Assembly (NCBI GenBank): GCA_039818205.1
Contig: JBCBUK010000005.1
Location: forward strand, 192,001 to 256,000
Length of the DNA stretch: 64,000 nucleotides
From: Verrucomicrobiota bacterium
GTDB lineage: Bacteria; Verrucomicrobiota; Verrucomicrobiia; Opitutales; Cerasicoccaceae
Direction of reading: 5' to 3'
Shown here one piece after another: positions 9,438 to 20,461 of this stretch (its first letter is position 1; each line of letters opens with the position of its first letter). The notes beneath the pieces are model-generated. The model had not been told where the DNA came from. It saw only the letters and a program-made list of their open reading frames with translations, and ran no database searches. Both the position numbers and the translations under genes were made by a program.

Positions 9438-11834
9438 TTAGGGTCGGGAGACTCGATAAAATACCTGTCCGGCTGTCATATCGTTAGCTGGGGTCGTGTA
9501 GGTATGGATGTCGGCAGTCAAAGTTATCTGCTCAACATCGACCCACTGAACCAAGTTCGTCGACCGCTCGAGCTGCACGATCTGCCCTTCATAGCCATAG
9601 ATGGTTATATGAAAGCTGCCGTCGCCCAGTGGATTGGACTCAAACTCAACTTCGACGGGTGGCTGATCGATCCACGCGAGTAGCAGGTCCGTGAGCGCCT
9701 GGGGAGCGTTCTGCGGCTTCGTTCCGCCAACGTGATCGACCTTGTTTAGCCCGTGGCATGAGGTGCAACTCCGCACCTCGCCCGGTTGAAAACTCAGCCA
9801 ATAGCGTTCACGCACCACGGGCGTGCCCGCGCCATCGGTTAGCTGCCAACTGAGCGCGCGTCGAGCCGGAACAATCGCGACGGCTGAACCATCGGAGCCC
9901 ACCGTCACTGATCCCGGAGGCGCTGCCGGATCCAGTGCATTGAGCAATGATCCCGCGCGCATCGGACGTGCGAGCACACGTCTACCAGAGCGCGGGGTAT
10001 CGTTGGCACTATGAAGTCCGATACCCCGCACCTGGTCCCCCTGAAAAAACTGTAGATACTTCACGTCATAAACTTTATCACTGCCCGCGCCCGGTGGAAT
10101 GTTAGGATCTCCTTCGATCCGTAGCCAATAAGGCTGTTGCTCGTCTGCGTCATCGCGCGAAGTCACGTCACGCATGACAACCAAAGCGAGATTCTGGCTT
10201 CGCAGGTACGACTTTAGATTTGCCAAACTTTCACCCTCATCAGTGATCAACTGAGTCTCCTGCGCTGGCAGCTGAATCGGCGTGCGTGTCGGTATCGTCC
10301 GACTGCGGACCTCAACCGGCTGAAGCTCCCACAGGTCCCCATTGTAGCTGTGCAAGTTATCGGGGCTCCACCAGGTCAGGTTTTCGGAGATACCACTGGT
10401 CAAGTTAGTCGACGGCACATAATCTCCGCTAACATTTTGCGTGAGCACCTTGATTCGGAAATCGTAGCGAGAGACCAACTGCCCGCCGGTTCCAATGTTT
10501 GCGTCGGCCCGCGTCTCGCTCGTGTGCGCGGCAATTAGCAAACCATCACTCGTGGGCAGCGGGTCACGATACAAGCCACTATGGTCCGCACTTGGGTTAT
10601 TGGAAACGTCTTGAGTGTCGGGGTGCGTGAGATACTCCACGAGCATATCATCGGGGTTATCGCTGGGCGCGCCCTCCAGGGAAACAATCATCCCGGCCGC
10701 ATGCGTTTGGAACTCAGGCGCATCGACACCGATGTACAATCCTAGGTCGGTTGGATCCTCCTTGATCTGAAACATATTCTCGATCGAGTTCGGATTCGTC
10801 CGCCCGGCCGGGGCGATGAACTCTTCCAAGGCTGGGTCATCATTGAAAGCGCGGTTAAAGTAATTGTGAAGCTCTTGACGACCGATGTGGTTCAGCGTTT
10901 CCAATTCAGTACCATCTTCCTCAATCATCCATGGGAAAAAGTGATTGAAGCGGTGGCCATTCATGTTGGTCCCGGCGAGGAGATCGGTCCGCACTCCGCG
11001 CGGCTCGGGAAAATACTCGACCCGAGTATCAAACAACATCTCCGCATCCGCGCTCTCACTGCTGTAATCGAAGGTTCCGTAGACCCCACCTGGAGTACCA
11101 CTCAGAGCATCGCCGTCCGCCTGCTGGTCTCGCTGGAGATGATCCCAACGAGTAAAAATCACCCGGCCATAGCTATCGATCGACGGCGAGAACGAGCCCG
11201 ATGGCGAATGCTCCATCAGGAACAAATCGCCATCCGTAGGATCCAGGCTCCACAGCCCGGTTACCGTAGGCGCTTCCTCGTATTCATCCAGTTGTGGATA
11301 GAGATGCATCGAGCCATCGCGGGGACGATCCGAGGTGAAAATGATCCGGCCATCCGTACCGTAGATTGGCGAGATGTTATTAAAGTCGGCCGGCTGGTTC
11401 GCGACTTTGGTAATCACCGGCGTATCCAACAGCCCAAGACCCGTGACTTCATACATTTGCCACCGGTAATCAATCACCTCATAGCGACGGCTTGGCGCTC
11501 CAACGACCATACTGAAGATGACCGTTTGCCCATCCCAGCTGACACTTGGATCGCGCACAGCAATGGCGTTTGACCCCTGCTGTTGGTTGCTTTCCCCATA
11601 ACCTGCCGCCGCGGTTAGGTTTTTCAACGTGCCATCCGGATAGCGGATCCACAGGTCCCCGCCACGCGGAGCGGCGCCTAATGTCGCTTGATGATTTCCA
11701 AAAGTCGAACCGATCGTGATAAAATCGGCCGGCTGCGGGGTCTGCGTGACAAATACAATCGGGTTTGTCTGGGCAGGCAGGTTTGCCGCAGCAACAAAGC
11801 TCAGCAAAAGGATCAGGTGAGAAGAACGTTTCAT
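9438..11834 (-). CDS. Secreted hydrazine-synthase-alpha-like protein (propeller repeats + HZS-alpha middle domain) with one c-type heme motif
   Basis: Signal MKRSSHLILLLSFVAAANLPA; DPSVSWDGQTVIFSM and SPIYGTDGRIIFTSDRP repeats; DGSAVAIVPARRALSWQL...FQPGEVRSCTSCHG, with CxxCH at 9753-9767. Confidence 0.75.
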   Translation of the reverse strand: MKRSSHLILLLSFVAAANLPAQTNPIVFVTQTPQPADFITIGSTFGNHQATLGAAPRGGDLWIRYPDGTLKNLTAAAGYGESNQQQGSNAIAVRDPSVSWDGQTVIFSMVVGAPSRRYEVIDYRWQMYEVTGLGLLDTPVITKVANQPADFNNISPIYGTDGRIIFTSDRPRDGSMHLYPQLDEYEEAPTVTGLWSLDPTDGDLFLMEHSPSGSFSPSIDSYGRVIFTRWDHLQRDQQADGDALSGTPGGVYGTFDYSSESADAEMLFDTRVEYFPEPRGVRTDLLAGTNMNGHRFNHFFPWMIEEDGTELETLNHIGRQELHNYFNRAFNDDPALEEFIAPAGRTNPNSIENMFQIKEDPTDLGLYIGVDAPEFQTHAAGMIVSLEGAPSDNPDDMLVEYLTHPDTQDVSNNPSADHSGLYRDPLPTSDGLLIAAHTSETRADANIGTGGQLVSRYDFRIKVLTQNVSGDYVPSTNLTSGISENLTWWSPDNLHSYNGDLWELQPVEVRSRTIPTRTPIQLPAQETQLITDEGESLANLKSYLRSQNLALVVMRDVTSRDDADEQQPYWLRIEGDPNIPPGAGSDKVYDVKYLQFFQGDQVRGIGLHSANDTPRSGRRVLARPMRAGSLLNALDPAAPPGSVTVGSDGSAVAIVPARRALSWQLTDGAGTPVVRERYWLSFQPGEVRSCTSCHGLNKVDHVGGTKPQNAPQALTDLLLAWIDQPPVEVEFESNPLGDGSFHITIYGYEGQIVQLERSTNLVQWVDVEQITLTADIHTYTTPANDMTAGQVFYRVSRP

Positions 11835-12010
11835 GAGAAACTTTAGTGGATTTCCAACAGCAGAAAGCAGTCTATATACCCCACTCAACCAGGACCCAAC
11901 AAGCCTAAGTCATTTTAAGCATATCATCTATAAAACTATTACAAAGCCTTCGTAATCACCTTACACATTTTTCACAAATCGATAGCCACAACCGCCCAGA
12001 GACACCTCAA

Positions 12011-12061
12011 CAAACAACAATGCCCCAATCCTAAGCTCGGAGGACCTGGATCAGGGCATTG
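12011..12061 (-). terminator. Probable intrinsic terminator after the DUF5060 gene
   Basis: Minus-strand stem CAATGCCCTGATCC/GGATTGGGGCATTG (with G-U pairs) followed by TTGTTTG. Confidence 0.55.
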
Positions 12062-12090
12062 CGAGAAAGTTTGGCGCAAGCGCCGCTAGA

Positions 12091-15000
12091 CTACTGCTTT
12101 GTAACGAGCACCGCCCAGTCCTCTCCGGCATCGCTCGGCGGGGTACCAAGGTCAACCTTGGAGCCCGGGGAGACGGTCTTAACCGAACCCGTCTGGAGGT
12201 CACCACCTTTGCGAGGGTTATACCACTGCACCGTCATCTCACCCGGCGCAGAGGAGAGGTCCACCTCGGCTTTGCCCTGTTTCAAGAAAAACACATAGAC
12301 TTCACCTGGCTTCGCAAAGCCGTAGTCACCCTTGGTGTGAATTAGCTCGTCATGGCTATGCATCTCCCAAAACGGAATTCCGAAGTTGTTGAAAAAGTCC
12401 AAAGCGATACGTCCTTGATCCCAAAACAGATCGCGCGATGCATAATCCTGACAGGTCAAGTCGCTGTGCGCTTCCTTGTATCCGAAGTACCATTCGGTGC
12501 CCCAGGCACCCGCCATCATTGCACCCCAGAGGCCGTTCTTACGCGCGTCATTGTGCTCAGGATCCACGTCATCGGGCACTAGGGAATGCGAGGCATCCCC
12601 AGGTTCGTCACAGGCGACTGCCCATTGCTTACCGGCTTTCTTGGACTCATTGATCCACTTCAGGACAGCATCATGAACGTACCCAAAGTCAGTGCGATGA
12701 GTCTGGACTGAAACGCCCGTGTAGGGGCTGTTTGGTCCAAGTAGATCGTAGAACTGATTACCATTGTGGATAACGATATGGCGACCATAGGGGTCGTGAT
12801 CGGCAAAGTAGCCGGCCATCGCGAGCCGTTGGCGGGTAAACTGAGGTGGCGTGCGGTTGTTCTTCACCCAATCACCGTTCTCCTCACACATATTCCAGTT
12901 GAGCGCCAGGTGATGGCCAAAACGCGCAATGATTTCGCGATAGTATAAAGTCTGCAATGCCCCGACTCCACCGTTGTCGAGCAAGCCCTGGTTCTCAACC
13001 TCCATCAACTTGAAGTGCATGAACATTCCGATCTTATCGGCGTGAGAAAACAACACTTCCCATTGATCAAGCTTGGAACAATCGAACCGATCGTAGGTAT
13101 CGTAGTCGATGTAGGGGAAAACGTTTTTGTCGTCACCCTTGATGTTGTTGGTGATGAACGAAAACACGTTACAGCCCTTCGAGGCCAAGTAATTGATGGC
13201 ACCAATGATGTCCTTGCCCTTGCCATTCTTCCAAGTCGGGTCACCAGCCTGCCAGTGCTTCTCGTGAGCCTCCCAGGTCTTAACGAGATGGTCGGCATGA
13301 CCGTCGCTGTGGAACGTTCCATCGAACTCTTCGTAGGCCAACATGTTCTCTGGCGCATCAGGCCCAACCTTGAGGAAATACTCTCCATTACCCGCGAATT
13401 TCAAGTAACGCTCTCCAACGTATTGGAGCATACCCTTGCCACGAAAATCGCGCCCGGTCTTATCCGTGTCAGCAATCCGGAATGCCCCCGCATTGCCATC
13501 CATGAAGCCAGCACTCACACCCGTCTTTTGTTTTTCACTAACGGCGGCAAAGTTACCTTTACGGAAGTTGGCGAGATAAACCCAATCGCCAACTTCGTCA
13601 GGGGCGAAATGAACCCGCCACTTGTTACCCTTGGTGGCGGAGGTATTTCCCGCATCGCCATCGGCTGCAAAATATCCGGGAACGACATATTTCTTACCCG
13701 ATGCCGGGTGAGTAAACGTCACGTCGAATTTGTAATTCATGAACGGATTGAACTCCGCCGTCTCTGAGGTCTCGGGTCCGTCAAAAGTGAGCGTCACCTT
13801 ATGCCAGCGCTTGAGCTCACCCGAGATCTCTGGGCCACTCCGCTCCGGGCGCGGTAGCTCGGGCACTGTCCCTTCGATCGACGCATTCTTATCAATCGCT
13901 TCCAAAACCAGATCGCTACCCTTGCCAGCTGGGACGACGGCGATACCCGCCCATCGACCCTTACCTTGCGCATTGCCATCGACATCGGCAGTCACCGTCA
14001 GCAGATCACCGTCCTGCAGCCACATATTCTTCCAAACCTTACAGAACTCAGAGGACTGCTCATCAGCGCTCTTACCCAAGGGCGTTTTGTAGGAACCAAT
14101 AACACGATCATTAATTGCGAGCGTGTATTTCGTCTGCCCTTTGTCGTCACCCACGCCGAGGAAAATGATGTCCCAGTGATTATGATGGGGCTTATAGAGG
14201 GCCTTAAAAACGGCCACCGCGGAGGCCTGCTTCGCACTCTTAGGGTCAAGAACCAGGTAGTTGTTCTCAACTTCGAAGCCCTTGCCCAGTGGTGAAAAAT
14301 TGAGAGCACCAGTCAAACGAACGCCCGAAACGTCGTGCTTGATCGCGTTGATCATACTCTTCTTCGTTGCAAGATCTGTGGTGACCTCGGGAAACGGCTC
14401 CGGCAGCGTGCCACTCTTTACGCGCACCGCCTGGTCGACACCTTCAGGACGATATTCTTTTTCCGTAGTCAGGATAAATTTATCAAACTCGAAGCCGTCC
14501 TCACGCATACTGAAGGCGATCTCATGCGTCCCCGGCTCTTCGATATCCAAGAAAATTTTGTACGGTTCGCCACAGTGATTCTTGCTCGTGCGCTGCTTGC
14601 TGCCCCAGAACCACGATTTCTTACCCTCGCACCATTGCATACGCTGGCCGGATGCCGGCCACTCGCCGTCCAAGCCTACATGTAGCCCGTTATCCTCACT
14701 GCCGGTGCTGTAAGCCCGCACCCAAACGTAGTACCGGCCCGGGTTATTAAAATGAACCTTGTAGTGCAAGAGCGCCATCTTACCTGGCTGAGGGGAAAAG
14801 TTTTCGCCCTCGATCAATCGATCCCCATGGGTCACGCGGGTATCTGGAAGGATCTCAATATAGGCGTTATTGCTCGCACCTTTGCAGTGCGGCTCATCGT
14901 GGTCGAGTCCGGCTTTCGGCCAGGAGTCTTTGTTAAAACGATACCACTGACGGATATCGTCCTTGGATTGCTTGTAGAAAAACTCGGCTTCAACAGCCGC

Positions 15001-15120
15001 AAATCCATCCACTTCTTCGAAAACGACGTCTTCGGAAACGATAGACTCAGTTTGCGCAAACAACTGAGAGACAATGAATGCCGTAAGAAACGAAACTAAC
15101 AACGAGGTCTTTTTAAACAT
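12091..15120 (-). CDS. Secreted DUF5060 domain protein (N-terminal carbohydrate-binding-like sandwiches, putative GH-like catalytic domain, C-terminal collagen-binding-like domain)
   Basis: Signal MFKKTSLLVSFLTAFIVSQLFA; SGELKRWHKVTLTFDGP...NPFMNY...VPGYFAADG...WRVHFAPD (DUF5060); WNMCEEN and DEPG; C-terminal VQWYNPRKGG...DWAVLV. Confidence 0.8.
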   Translation of the reverse strand: MFKKTSLLVSFLTAFIVSQLFAQTESIVSEDVVFEEVDGFAAVEAEFFYKQSKDDIRQWYRFNKDSWPKAGLDHDEPHCKGASNNAYIEILPDTRVTHGDRLIEGENFSPQPGKMALLHYKVHFNNPGRYYVWVRAYSTGSEDNGLHVGLDGEWPASGQRMQWCEGKKSWFWGSKQRTSKNHCGEPYKIFLDIEEPGTHEIAFSMREDGFEFDKFILTTEKEYRPEGVDQAVRVKSGTLPEPFPEVTTDLATKKSMINAIKHDVSGVRLTGALNFSPLGKGFEVENNYLVLDPKSAKQASAVAVFKALYKPHHNHWDIIFLGVGDDKGQTKYTLAINDRVIGSYKTPLGKSADEQSSEFCKVWKNMWLQDGDLLTVTADVDGNAQGKGRWAGIAVVPAGKGSDLVLEAIDKNASIEGTVPELPRPERSGPEISGELKRWHKVTLTFDGPETSETAEFNPFMNYKFDVTFTHPASGKKYVVPGYFAADGDAGNTSATKGNKWRVHFAPDEVGDWVYLANFRKGNFAAVSEKQKTGVSAGFMDGNAGAFRIADTDKTGRDFRGKGMLQYVGERYLKFAGNGEYFLKVGPDAPENMLAYEEFDGTFHSDGHADHLVKTWEAHEKHWQAGDPTWKNGKGKDIIGAINYLASKGCNVFSFITNNIKGDDKNVFPYIDYDTYDRFDCSKLDQWEVLFSHADKIGMFMHFKLMEVENQGLLDNGGVGALQTLYYREIIARFGHHLALNWNMCEENGDWVKNNRTPPQFTRQRLAMAGYFADHDPYGRHIVIHNGNQFYDLLGPNSPYTGVSVQTHRTDFGYVHDAVLKWINESKKAGKQWAVACDEPGDASHSLVPDDVDPEHNDARKNGLWGAMMAGAWGTEWYFGYKEAHSDLTCQDYASRDLFWDQGRIALDFFNNFGIPFWEMHSHDELIHTKGDYGFAKPGEVYVFFLKQGKAEVDLSSAPGEMTVQWYNPRKGGDLQTGSVKTVSPGSKVDLGTPPSDAGEDWAVLVTKQ

Positions 15121-15613
15121 GCTTAAGTAGGGTGAGCGTTTCAGGTGATTTGAGGGACTCAATACTATCACCAAAACCGCGCCAATGCACCATCTACGGC
15201 AGGTAACGCGGCACCTGCAAAGATTGAAAATTAGGGCTTAAGACCCAATAAAATTAGCCCACCTTTAGCCCCTGTTCTCGAAGGGCCCAAACACTCATTT
15301 GATTGGTCGCGAACGCAAAATATTCATATTGCGACAGCACTTACCATTCTCCGATCACACATGTCGCATTTAAACTAGAAAAGACTAGAGCCATTGAAGC
15401 TGAAAAAATCAAACTCATATAAATCGTTCCACATTAAGATTTAAACAAAACCGCAAATAGCGAAATCGCTCACTTATCAAGATCCGAAGAGCCTAAATTG
15501 GTCCTTGGTCGGGTTGAAATACGTACGTCGCAAATTGGTAACTCTAAGTATCTGAAGTGAGATGGAATTATCGGGCCTGATTCGATACCATCGTGTGCTA
15601 GAAACACCCGAAG

Positions 15614-17956
15614 ATGCATCGAATTAGACAAATACCTATCCCCGCGGCGACAGCGTTGGCTACCGTTCTTTTCCTCGCAACCCCAGCGGGCGGTATCGCC
15701 GCGACCATCGACCAGTATATCGATGCAAATGACTCCAACACCCAAGCCGTCGGCGGATCGCCTTCCCCGTTTTGGTCAAACTCGCTCACGGGCGGCAATC
15801 TATGGCGGCAGAGAACCGGTTTCGGATTCGATGCCAACGGGAACGCAGAGATTTTTGAGAAAGATGCCTTTAGTGGAGTTGGAGACGCCACACCGCTGCA
15901 AACAACCGTAAGCGGATTGGTCCCTGGCCAAGAGTACGGTGTCTATGCATGTTTCATTTCAGTCCCCAATGAAAGCTGGCGCGTCCGCGCCGGTCTCAAC
16001 CCCAATGGCTTGATCGAATTTACTCCGACCTCGGACCCAAATCGAGTCGCCGACCTGGGCCTCACATCAGTAACTGGATCAAACCGGAATCAATACCTTG
16101 GCTTTATTGCCAATGCCACCGCCGAAGCAGACGGAACCCTGGTGGTCTACATCGATGATGGCGACGGAACTGGCACCTCCACTCGGACTTGGTATGAAGG
16201 CGTTGCCGTCGGCGATCCCGTTCAACTACCTGGTCCACCATCGCTTCCGGCTGGAGCCGTAGAAATTGCTCCCGACGGCGTCTGGACCTGGTTCAACGAT
16301 GAACGGACCATCTGGCACGAAGGCTTCCTCTATGCTGGATACGTCCGTGCTGACGGCCATGTCGGCCTAAGCCGCTACGATCCGCAGACTGGCGTTACGA
16401 GTCACGTTCAGCTGAGCAACTCGCGGGCACGACAGGTAGACGACCACAACAACTGCTCCATCACCGTTCTACCCGACAATCGACTCTTGGTCGTTTACGC
16501 AAAGCACAACAGCAGCTGGGAGTTCTACTCAAGGACGTCAAAGGTAACCTCCCCCAGTACCCTATCCGATTGGAACGAGCAAAAAGTTAAATCGCTTACC
16601 GCGAGCAACACCTACGCAAACACCTATCGATTGTCGGCTGAATCAGACAAGATCTACAACTTTCATCGCTCAATTAATTTCAACCCGACGATCACGGTAT
16701 CTACCGACAATGGTGAAAGCTGGGGAACTCCAACCCACTTCATCGATACCGGGAACAACGGCAGCGTCCGCCCCTATCCTCGATACTGCAGCAACGGAGA
16801 CGATCGTATCGACCTGATCTATTCCGATGGCCACCCGCGTCGGGTAAACAACTCGATCTACCACCTATACTACAAGAATGGTAGCTTCCGGCAAACCGAT
16901 GGCACCCTGATCAAGTCTTACGCGAACCTACCAATCGATCACGATGCCGGCGAGCGGGGTTCAGTGGTCTATCCTTTCACAACCGCCTCCTGGGGGCCCA
17001 ATGATGGGCCCGATGACTGGATCCCAAGTGGACGCGCTTGGACTTGGGACATCCACTACGGGAACGATGGCAATCCCATCTGCGCTTTCCAAGTTCAGAG
17101 CAACAACGTTACCGGCAACAGCTGGAAGGATGACCGTATCTACTATTACTACGCGCGATGGACGGGCACTGAATGGCAACGACGCTTTATCGCACAAGCA
17201 GGTCGCCCCATTTATAGTGCGGAACGCGACTACGGCGGCGGGATGACTATTGACCCTGAAGATCCCCGAATTGTCTACATCTCTTCCAATGCCCTCGACC
17301 CATTCGATCTATCGACCACGACCAACGTTCCGCTCAATGCAAATGAGCGGTATGAAATCTATCGAGGATTCACCGCCGACGGCGGACTAACTTTCGAGTG
17401 GACGTCCATCACTGAGAACTCAGCGAAAGACAATTTGCGTCCAGTCGTCCCCCAGAACCATGGACGCACGAAAAACATCGTTTGGTTCTACGGAGACTAC
17501 ACCACCTATATCAACTACGACACCCAGATCATCTCTCTGATCGAGGAGCCTGCCGAAGAGCTTTCCCAATGGCAGGAGAACAATGGCATCGCCGATCAGC
17601 TCCTCACGGCCGATACCGATTTCGACGGCCTGTCAAATCTAGTCGAATACGCCTTGGGAGGTAATCCGATAGACCCAAGCGACAACCCGACACCATTCAT
17701 CTCTAGCGATTCCTTTAGCTTTCGCCACTACGCCAATCGCACCGATATCGAGTACGTCGTTCAAGTATCCAATGACCTTGATCAGAACTCCTGGAGCGAT
17801 GCCGTTATCATCCGCGCAGGCGACCTTCCAGATCTTGTAACCAACGGTTTCACACTTCGATCTGATGGTGGTAATCCCGAAACCCTTTCAGTCGATTTCA
17901 GCTTACCGACGAACGGCTCGCCGCTGTTCTTACTCCTGAAAGTTATCACACTCTAA
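15614..17956 (+). CDS. Secreted BNR-4 repeat beta-propeller protein (putative polysaccharide-active enzyme) with an N-terminal domain shared with the neighbouring PEP-CTERM protein
   Basis: Signal peptide; [14 protein letters not shown], Asp-box [36 protein letters not shown] and DNLRP. Confidence 0.8.
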   Translation: MHRIRQIPIPAATALATVLFLATPAGGIAATIDQYIDANDSNTQAVGGSPSPFWSNSLTGGNLWRQRTGFGFDANGNAEIFEKDAFSGVGDATPLQTTVSGLVPGQEYGVYACFISVPNESWRVRAGLNPNGLIEFTPTSDPNRVADLGLTSVTGSNRNQYLGFIANATAEADGTLVVYIDDGDGTGTSTRTWYEGVAVGDPVQLPGPPSLPAGAVEIAPDGVWTWFNDERTIWHEGFLYAGYVRADGHVGLSRYDPQTGVTSHVQLSNSRARQVDDHNNCSITVLPDNRLLVVYAKHNSSWEFYSRTSKVTSPSTLSDWNEQKVKSLTASNTYANTYRLSAESDKIYNFHRSINFNPTITVSTDNGESWGTPTHFIDTGNNGSVRPYPRYCSNGDDRIDLIYSDGHPRRVNNSIYHLYYKNGSFRQTDGTLIKSYANLPIDHDAGERGSVVYPFTTASWGPNDGPDDWIPSGRAWTWDIHYGNDGNPICAFQVQSNNVTGNSWKDDRIYYYYARWTGTEWQRRFIAQAGRPIYSAERDYGGGMTIDPEDPRIVYISSNALDPFDLSTTTNVPLNANERYEIYRGFTADGGLTFEWTSITENSAKDNLRPVVPQNHGRTKNIVWFYGDYTTYINYDTQIISLIEEPAEELSQWQENNGIADQLLTADTDFDGLSNLVEYALGGNPIDPSDNPTPFISSDSFSFRHYANRTDIEYVVQVSNDLDQNSWSDAVIIRAGDLPDLVTNGFTLRSDGGNPETLSVDFSLPTNGSPLFLLLKVITL

Positions 17957-18009
17957 TTCCCCAATAACGCGCACGGCCTACTAACCTCAAATAGTCACCA
18001 CACAGAAAA

Positions 18010-18723
18010 ATGAACAAAGCTCATCTAACATGCCTAGTTGCACTCGCGCCAATTGCAGCAATTCAGGCTCAAACGGTAACTTACGTCGATGCGATCGCGG
18101 ACCCGCTGGTCGGGACCACGAACACCGTCGCAACCTCCGGCGATCCGCTGGCCACCTGGTATTTCGATGCGGGCGGCACAAACCCAACTGACAGCCTTTG
18201 GAACCGCCGCACGGGCTTCGCTAACTCAAGTGATGTTCTCCAAGCTAAGACCAACGACCCAACGCCTGGATCCTTCCAAGAACTGACCACAACCATCACG
18301 GGCCTAACTCCGGGGGTGCAATACCAGGTATATACATTTTTCTGGGACGCTGGTAACACCCAGCAGTGGACGCTTGATACGGGACTGACCTCCGGCAATT
18401 TGACCCTCTTTGCCAACGGCTCAGACGGAGTATCCGGCGCAACTGCAGCCCTCGACGCGAGCTCGTTGACCTTTAGCAGCCCGCCGCTGATTACTGAAGC
18501 TGACCGCACCATGTTTGCCGCAGATCTCGGAATTGTCGCTGCCGACGGCTCAGGTGAAATCAATATCTTCGTCAACAACTCCACGTCCGTGAGCAATAAC
18601 TCAATGCGCTCGTGGTATGATGGCGTCGGCTATGCAGCAATTCCAGAGCCTAGCACCTATGCGTTGGTCGGTGGTTTCCTAGCCCTCGGCATCGCAATCA
18701 TGGCCCGCCGCCGCAAAGCCTAA
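18010..18723 (+). CDS. PEP-CTERM sorting domain protein
   Basis: Signal peptide and C-terminus IPEPSTYALVGGFLALGIAIMARRRKA. Confidence 0.92.
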   Translation: MNKAHLTCLVALAPIAAIQAQTVTYVDAIADPLVGTTNTVATSGDPLATWYFDAGGTNPTDSLWNRRTGFANSSDVLQAKTNDPTPGSFQELTTTITGLTPGVQYQVYTFFWDAGNTQQWTLDTGLTSGNLTLFANGSDGVSGATAALDASSLTFSSPPLITEADRTMFAADLGIVAADGSGEINIFVNNSTSVSNNSMRSWYDGVGYAAIPEPSTYALVGGFLALGIAIMARRRKA

Positions 18724-18744
18724 TTCATCTAGCAATTTGCAACC

Positions 18745-18775
18745 AAAGCCACCGCCGACATGCGGTGGCTTTTTG
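18745..18775 (+). terminator. Intrinsic terminator, probably bidirectional, between convergent genes
   Basis: AAAGCCACCGC-cgacat-GCGGTGGCTTT followed by a T-run. Confidence 0.85.
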
Positions 18776-18819
18776 TTGCACGTTATCGGCGCATGGAACG
18801 ATACCCGCGCCACGGCGAT

Positions 18820-20247
18820 CTACACGTTGTAGAACTCTTCCCAACCTTTGCGTGGCGCTGGGTCCATCAGCGCATTTGCTTCATCGCTATTGGTAAACCG
18901 TTTGGTCTCGCGGTCGAAATGGAGTTCGCCACCTAAACGTTGAGAGATCATGCCGATGTTGAGAACCTGAGAAAGCGGACCCGCAACGCTAAAGGGCGAA
19001 CGCGTTTCTTCTTCACCCTTACACGCCAGCAGAAAGTTCTTCCAGTGGTCGGAGTTTTTCTGGGGAAACCGAGGCAAGGACCGGCGCATATCCATGTATT
19101 TCTCGCGCGGAACAATACGCAGCGGATCGCTGTGCGAGACCGCGCGGAAGACCAGGTCATCACCATACATAATTCGACCAACGTAGTGACTACGCGGCGG
19201 CCGGTTATCCTTATCAAATTGCTCCTCTGCCCCAGGTTGCTCCGTCTTTAAGTCGAGGTATTCGGGAGCAATCTCGGGTCGGTTTCCCGGTCCATCGTAC
19301 CAGGTCAACTCGCAGGGCGGCATGTCCTCCCGAGCCGGGAAATTGAATCGAATGGTTGAACCGCTTGGATAGATCAACGGATGACGATCCACCAACTTCA
19401 AGGCGGTAACCTTCTCCGGAAACCCAAGCTTCAAAAACTGATGAGGCGTATCAATTACGTGGGCCGCCCAATCGCCAAGCCTGCCGCATCCAAATTCGTA
19501 CCAACCGCGCCATGCCGACGGATGCAACAAATTGCTAAACGGGCGCTCCGGCGAAACCGAGCACCAAGTTTCCCAATTTATACCAGCAGGCATCGGATCG
19601 ACGGGATAGTCCTTCACACTTTTCGCCCAATTATTCCAGCGAGACCCCTGCGTCATGTAGGCATCAATCTTGGTGATATTCTTGATCACGCCAGCTTCGG
19701 TCCATTCTTTGAATTGGAAGTAATTGGCACCTGAGTGGCCTTGATTGCCCATTTGGGTGACCACACCGCTGCGGTTTGCCAGATCCATTAGGCGTTCACA
19801 CTGACCGAATGTGTGAGCCAGGGGTTTCTCACACCACACATGCTTACCGTGAGCCATGGCCGCCATCGTTGCCGGAAAATGGGAGTGGTCCGGCGTCGAA
19901 ACGACAACGGCATCAATCTCGCCTGACATTTCGTCGAACATTTTCCGAAAATCGGTAAACTGCTTAGCCTCAGGATGCTCATTGGCCGATTCGACCGCGC
20001 CAGCCTGGTTTAGGTCCACATCGCACAATGCGACCGGATTACAGATACCGCTCGCCAAGAACGCTTTACGATTTCTATAACCCTTATTGGCACTACCAAT
20101 GAAGGCGACATTGACTCGTTCGCTCGGCGCTGGAATACCGCTACTAGACTGGTTCCCTAACGCGATATAGGATGGCAAAATCGTTGCCGCACCGACAGTC
20201 GCCGAAGTTTTCTTGATAAAATTACGTCGAGATAGATTTGAATTCAT
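18820..20247 (-). CDS. Tat-exported Gfo/Idh/MocA oxidoreductase
   Basis: Signal [13 protein letters not shown]; motifs [24 protein letters not shown] and [18 protein letters not shown]. Confidence 0.92.
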   Translation of the reverse strand: MNSNLSRRNFIKKTSATVGAATILPSYIALGNQSSSGIPAPSERVNVAFIGSANKGYRNRKAFLASGICNPVALCDVDLNQAGAVESANEHPEAKQFTDFRKMFDEMSGEIDAVVVSTPDHSHFPATMAAMAHGKHVWCEKPLAHTFGQCERLMDLANRSGVVTQMGNQGHSGANYFQFKEWTEAGVIKNITKIDAYMTQGSRWNNWAKSVKDYPVDPMPAGINWETWCSVSPERPFSNLLHPSAWRGWYEFGCGRLGDWAAHVIDTPHQFLKLGFPEKVTALKLVDRHPLIYPSGSTIRFNFPAREDMPPCELTWYDGPGNRPEIAPEYLDLKTEQPGAEEQFDKDNRPPRSHYVGRIMYGDDLVFRAVSHSDPLRIVPREKYMDMRRSLPRFPQKNSDHWKNFLLACKGEEETRSPFSVAGPLSQVLNIGMISQRLGGELHFDRETKRFTNSDEANALMDPAPRKGWEEFYNV

Positions 20248-20353
20248 GAGTGTTATCCGTTGAGACGTATTGGGGGACATACATTCTATCAGATCCGCCA
20301 CAACCTGGCATCTATCCATAAGATATTCCCGCCAACGCAATTCTGCCGGCATC

Positions 20354-20389
20354 AAAAAAAGGAGCCCCTGCCATGAATGACAGGGACTC
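20354..20389 (-). terminator. Intrinsic terminator
   Basis: Minus strand GAGTCCCTGTCAT-tc-ATGGCAGGGGCTC followed by CTTTTTTT. Confidence 0.8.
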
Positions 20390-20455
20390 ACACCCCAATG
20401 GTTAATCTATCACCAAGTAAATGCCAGCGGTTGACGTCAAAAACGCAACCGCCGC
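20354..20455 (-). ncRNA. Candidate ~100-nt small RNA or attenuator leader
   Basis: Has its own promoter (20462-20490), a 5' hairpin at 20427-20452, a single-stranded middle and a terminator, with no ORF evident. Confidence 0.4.
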
Positions 20456-20461
20456 GACAGT

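Noticed and set aside
9438..11834. Anammox hydrazine synthase
   Set aside because: There are no beta/gamma subunit genes or other anammox genes nearby, only one CxxCH, and the context is polysaccharide degradation.
15614..17956. Specific call as ulvan lyase (PL24/PL25)
   Set aside because: The BNR-4 propeller fold is compatible, but I cannot verify family-specific catalytic residues by eye.
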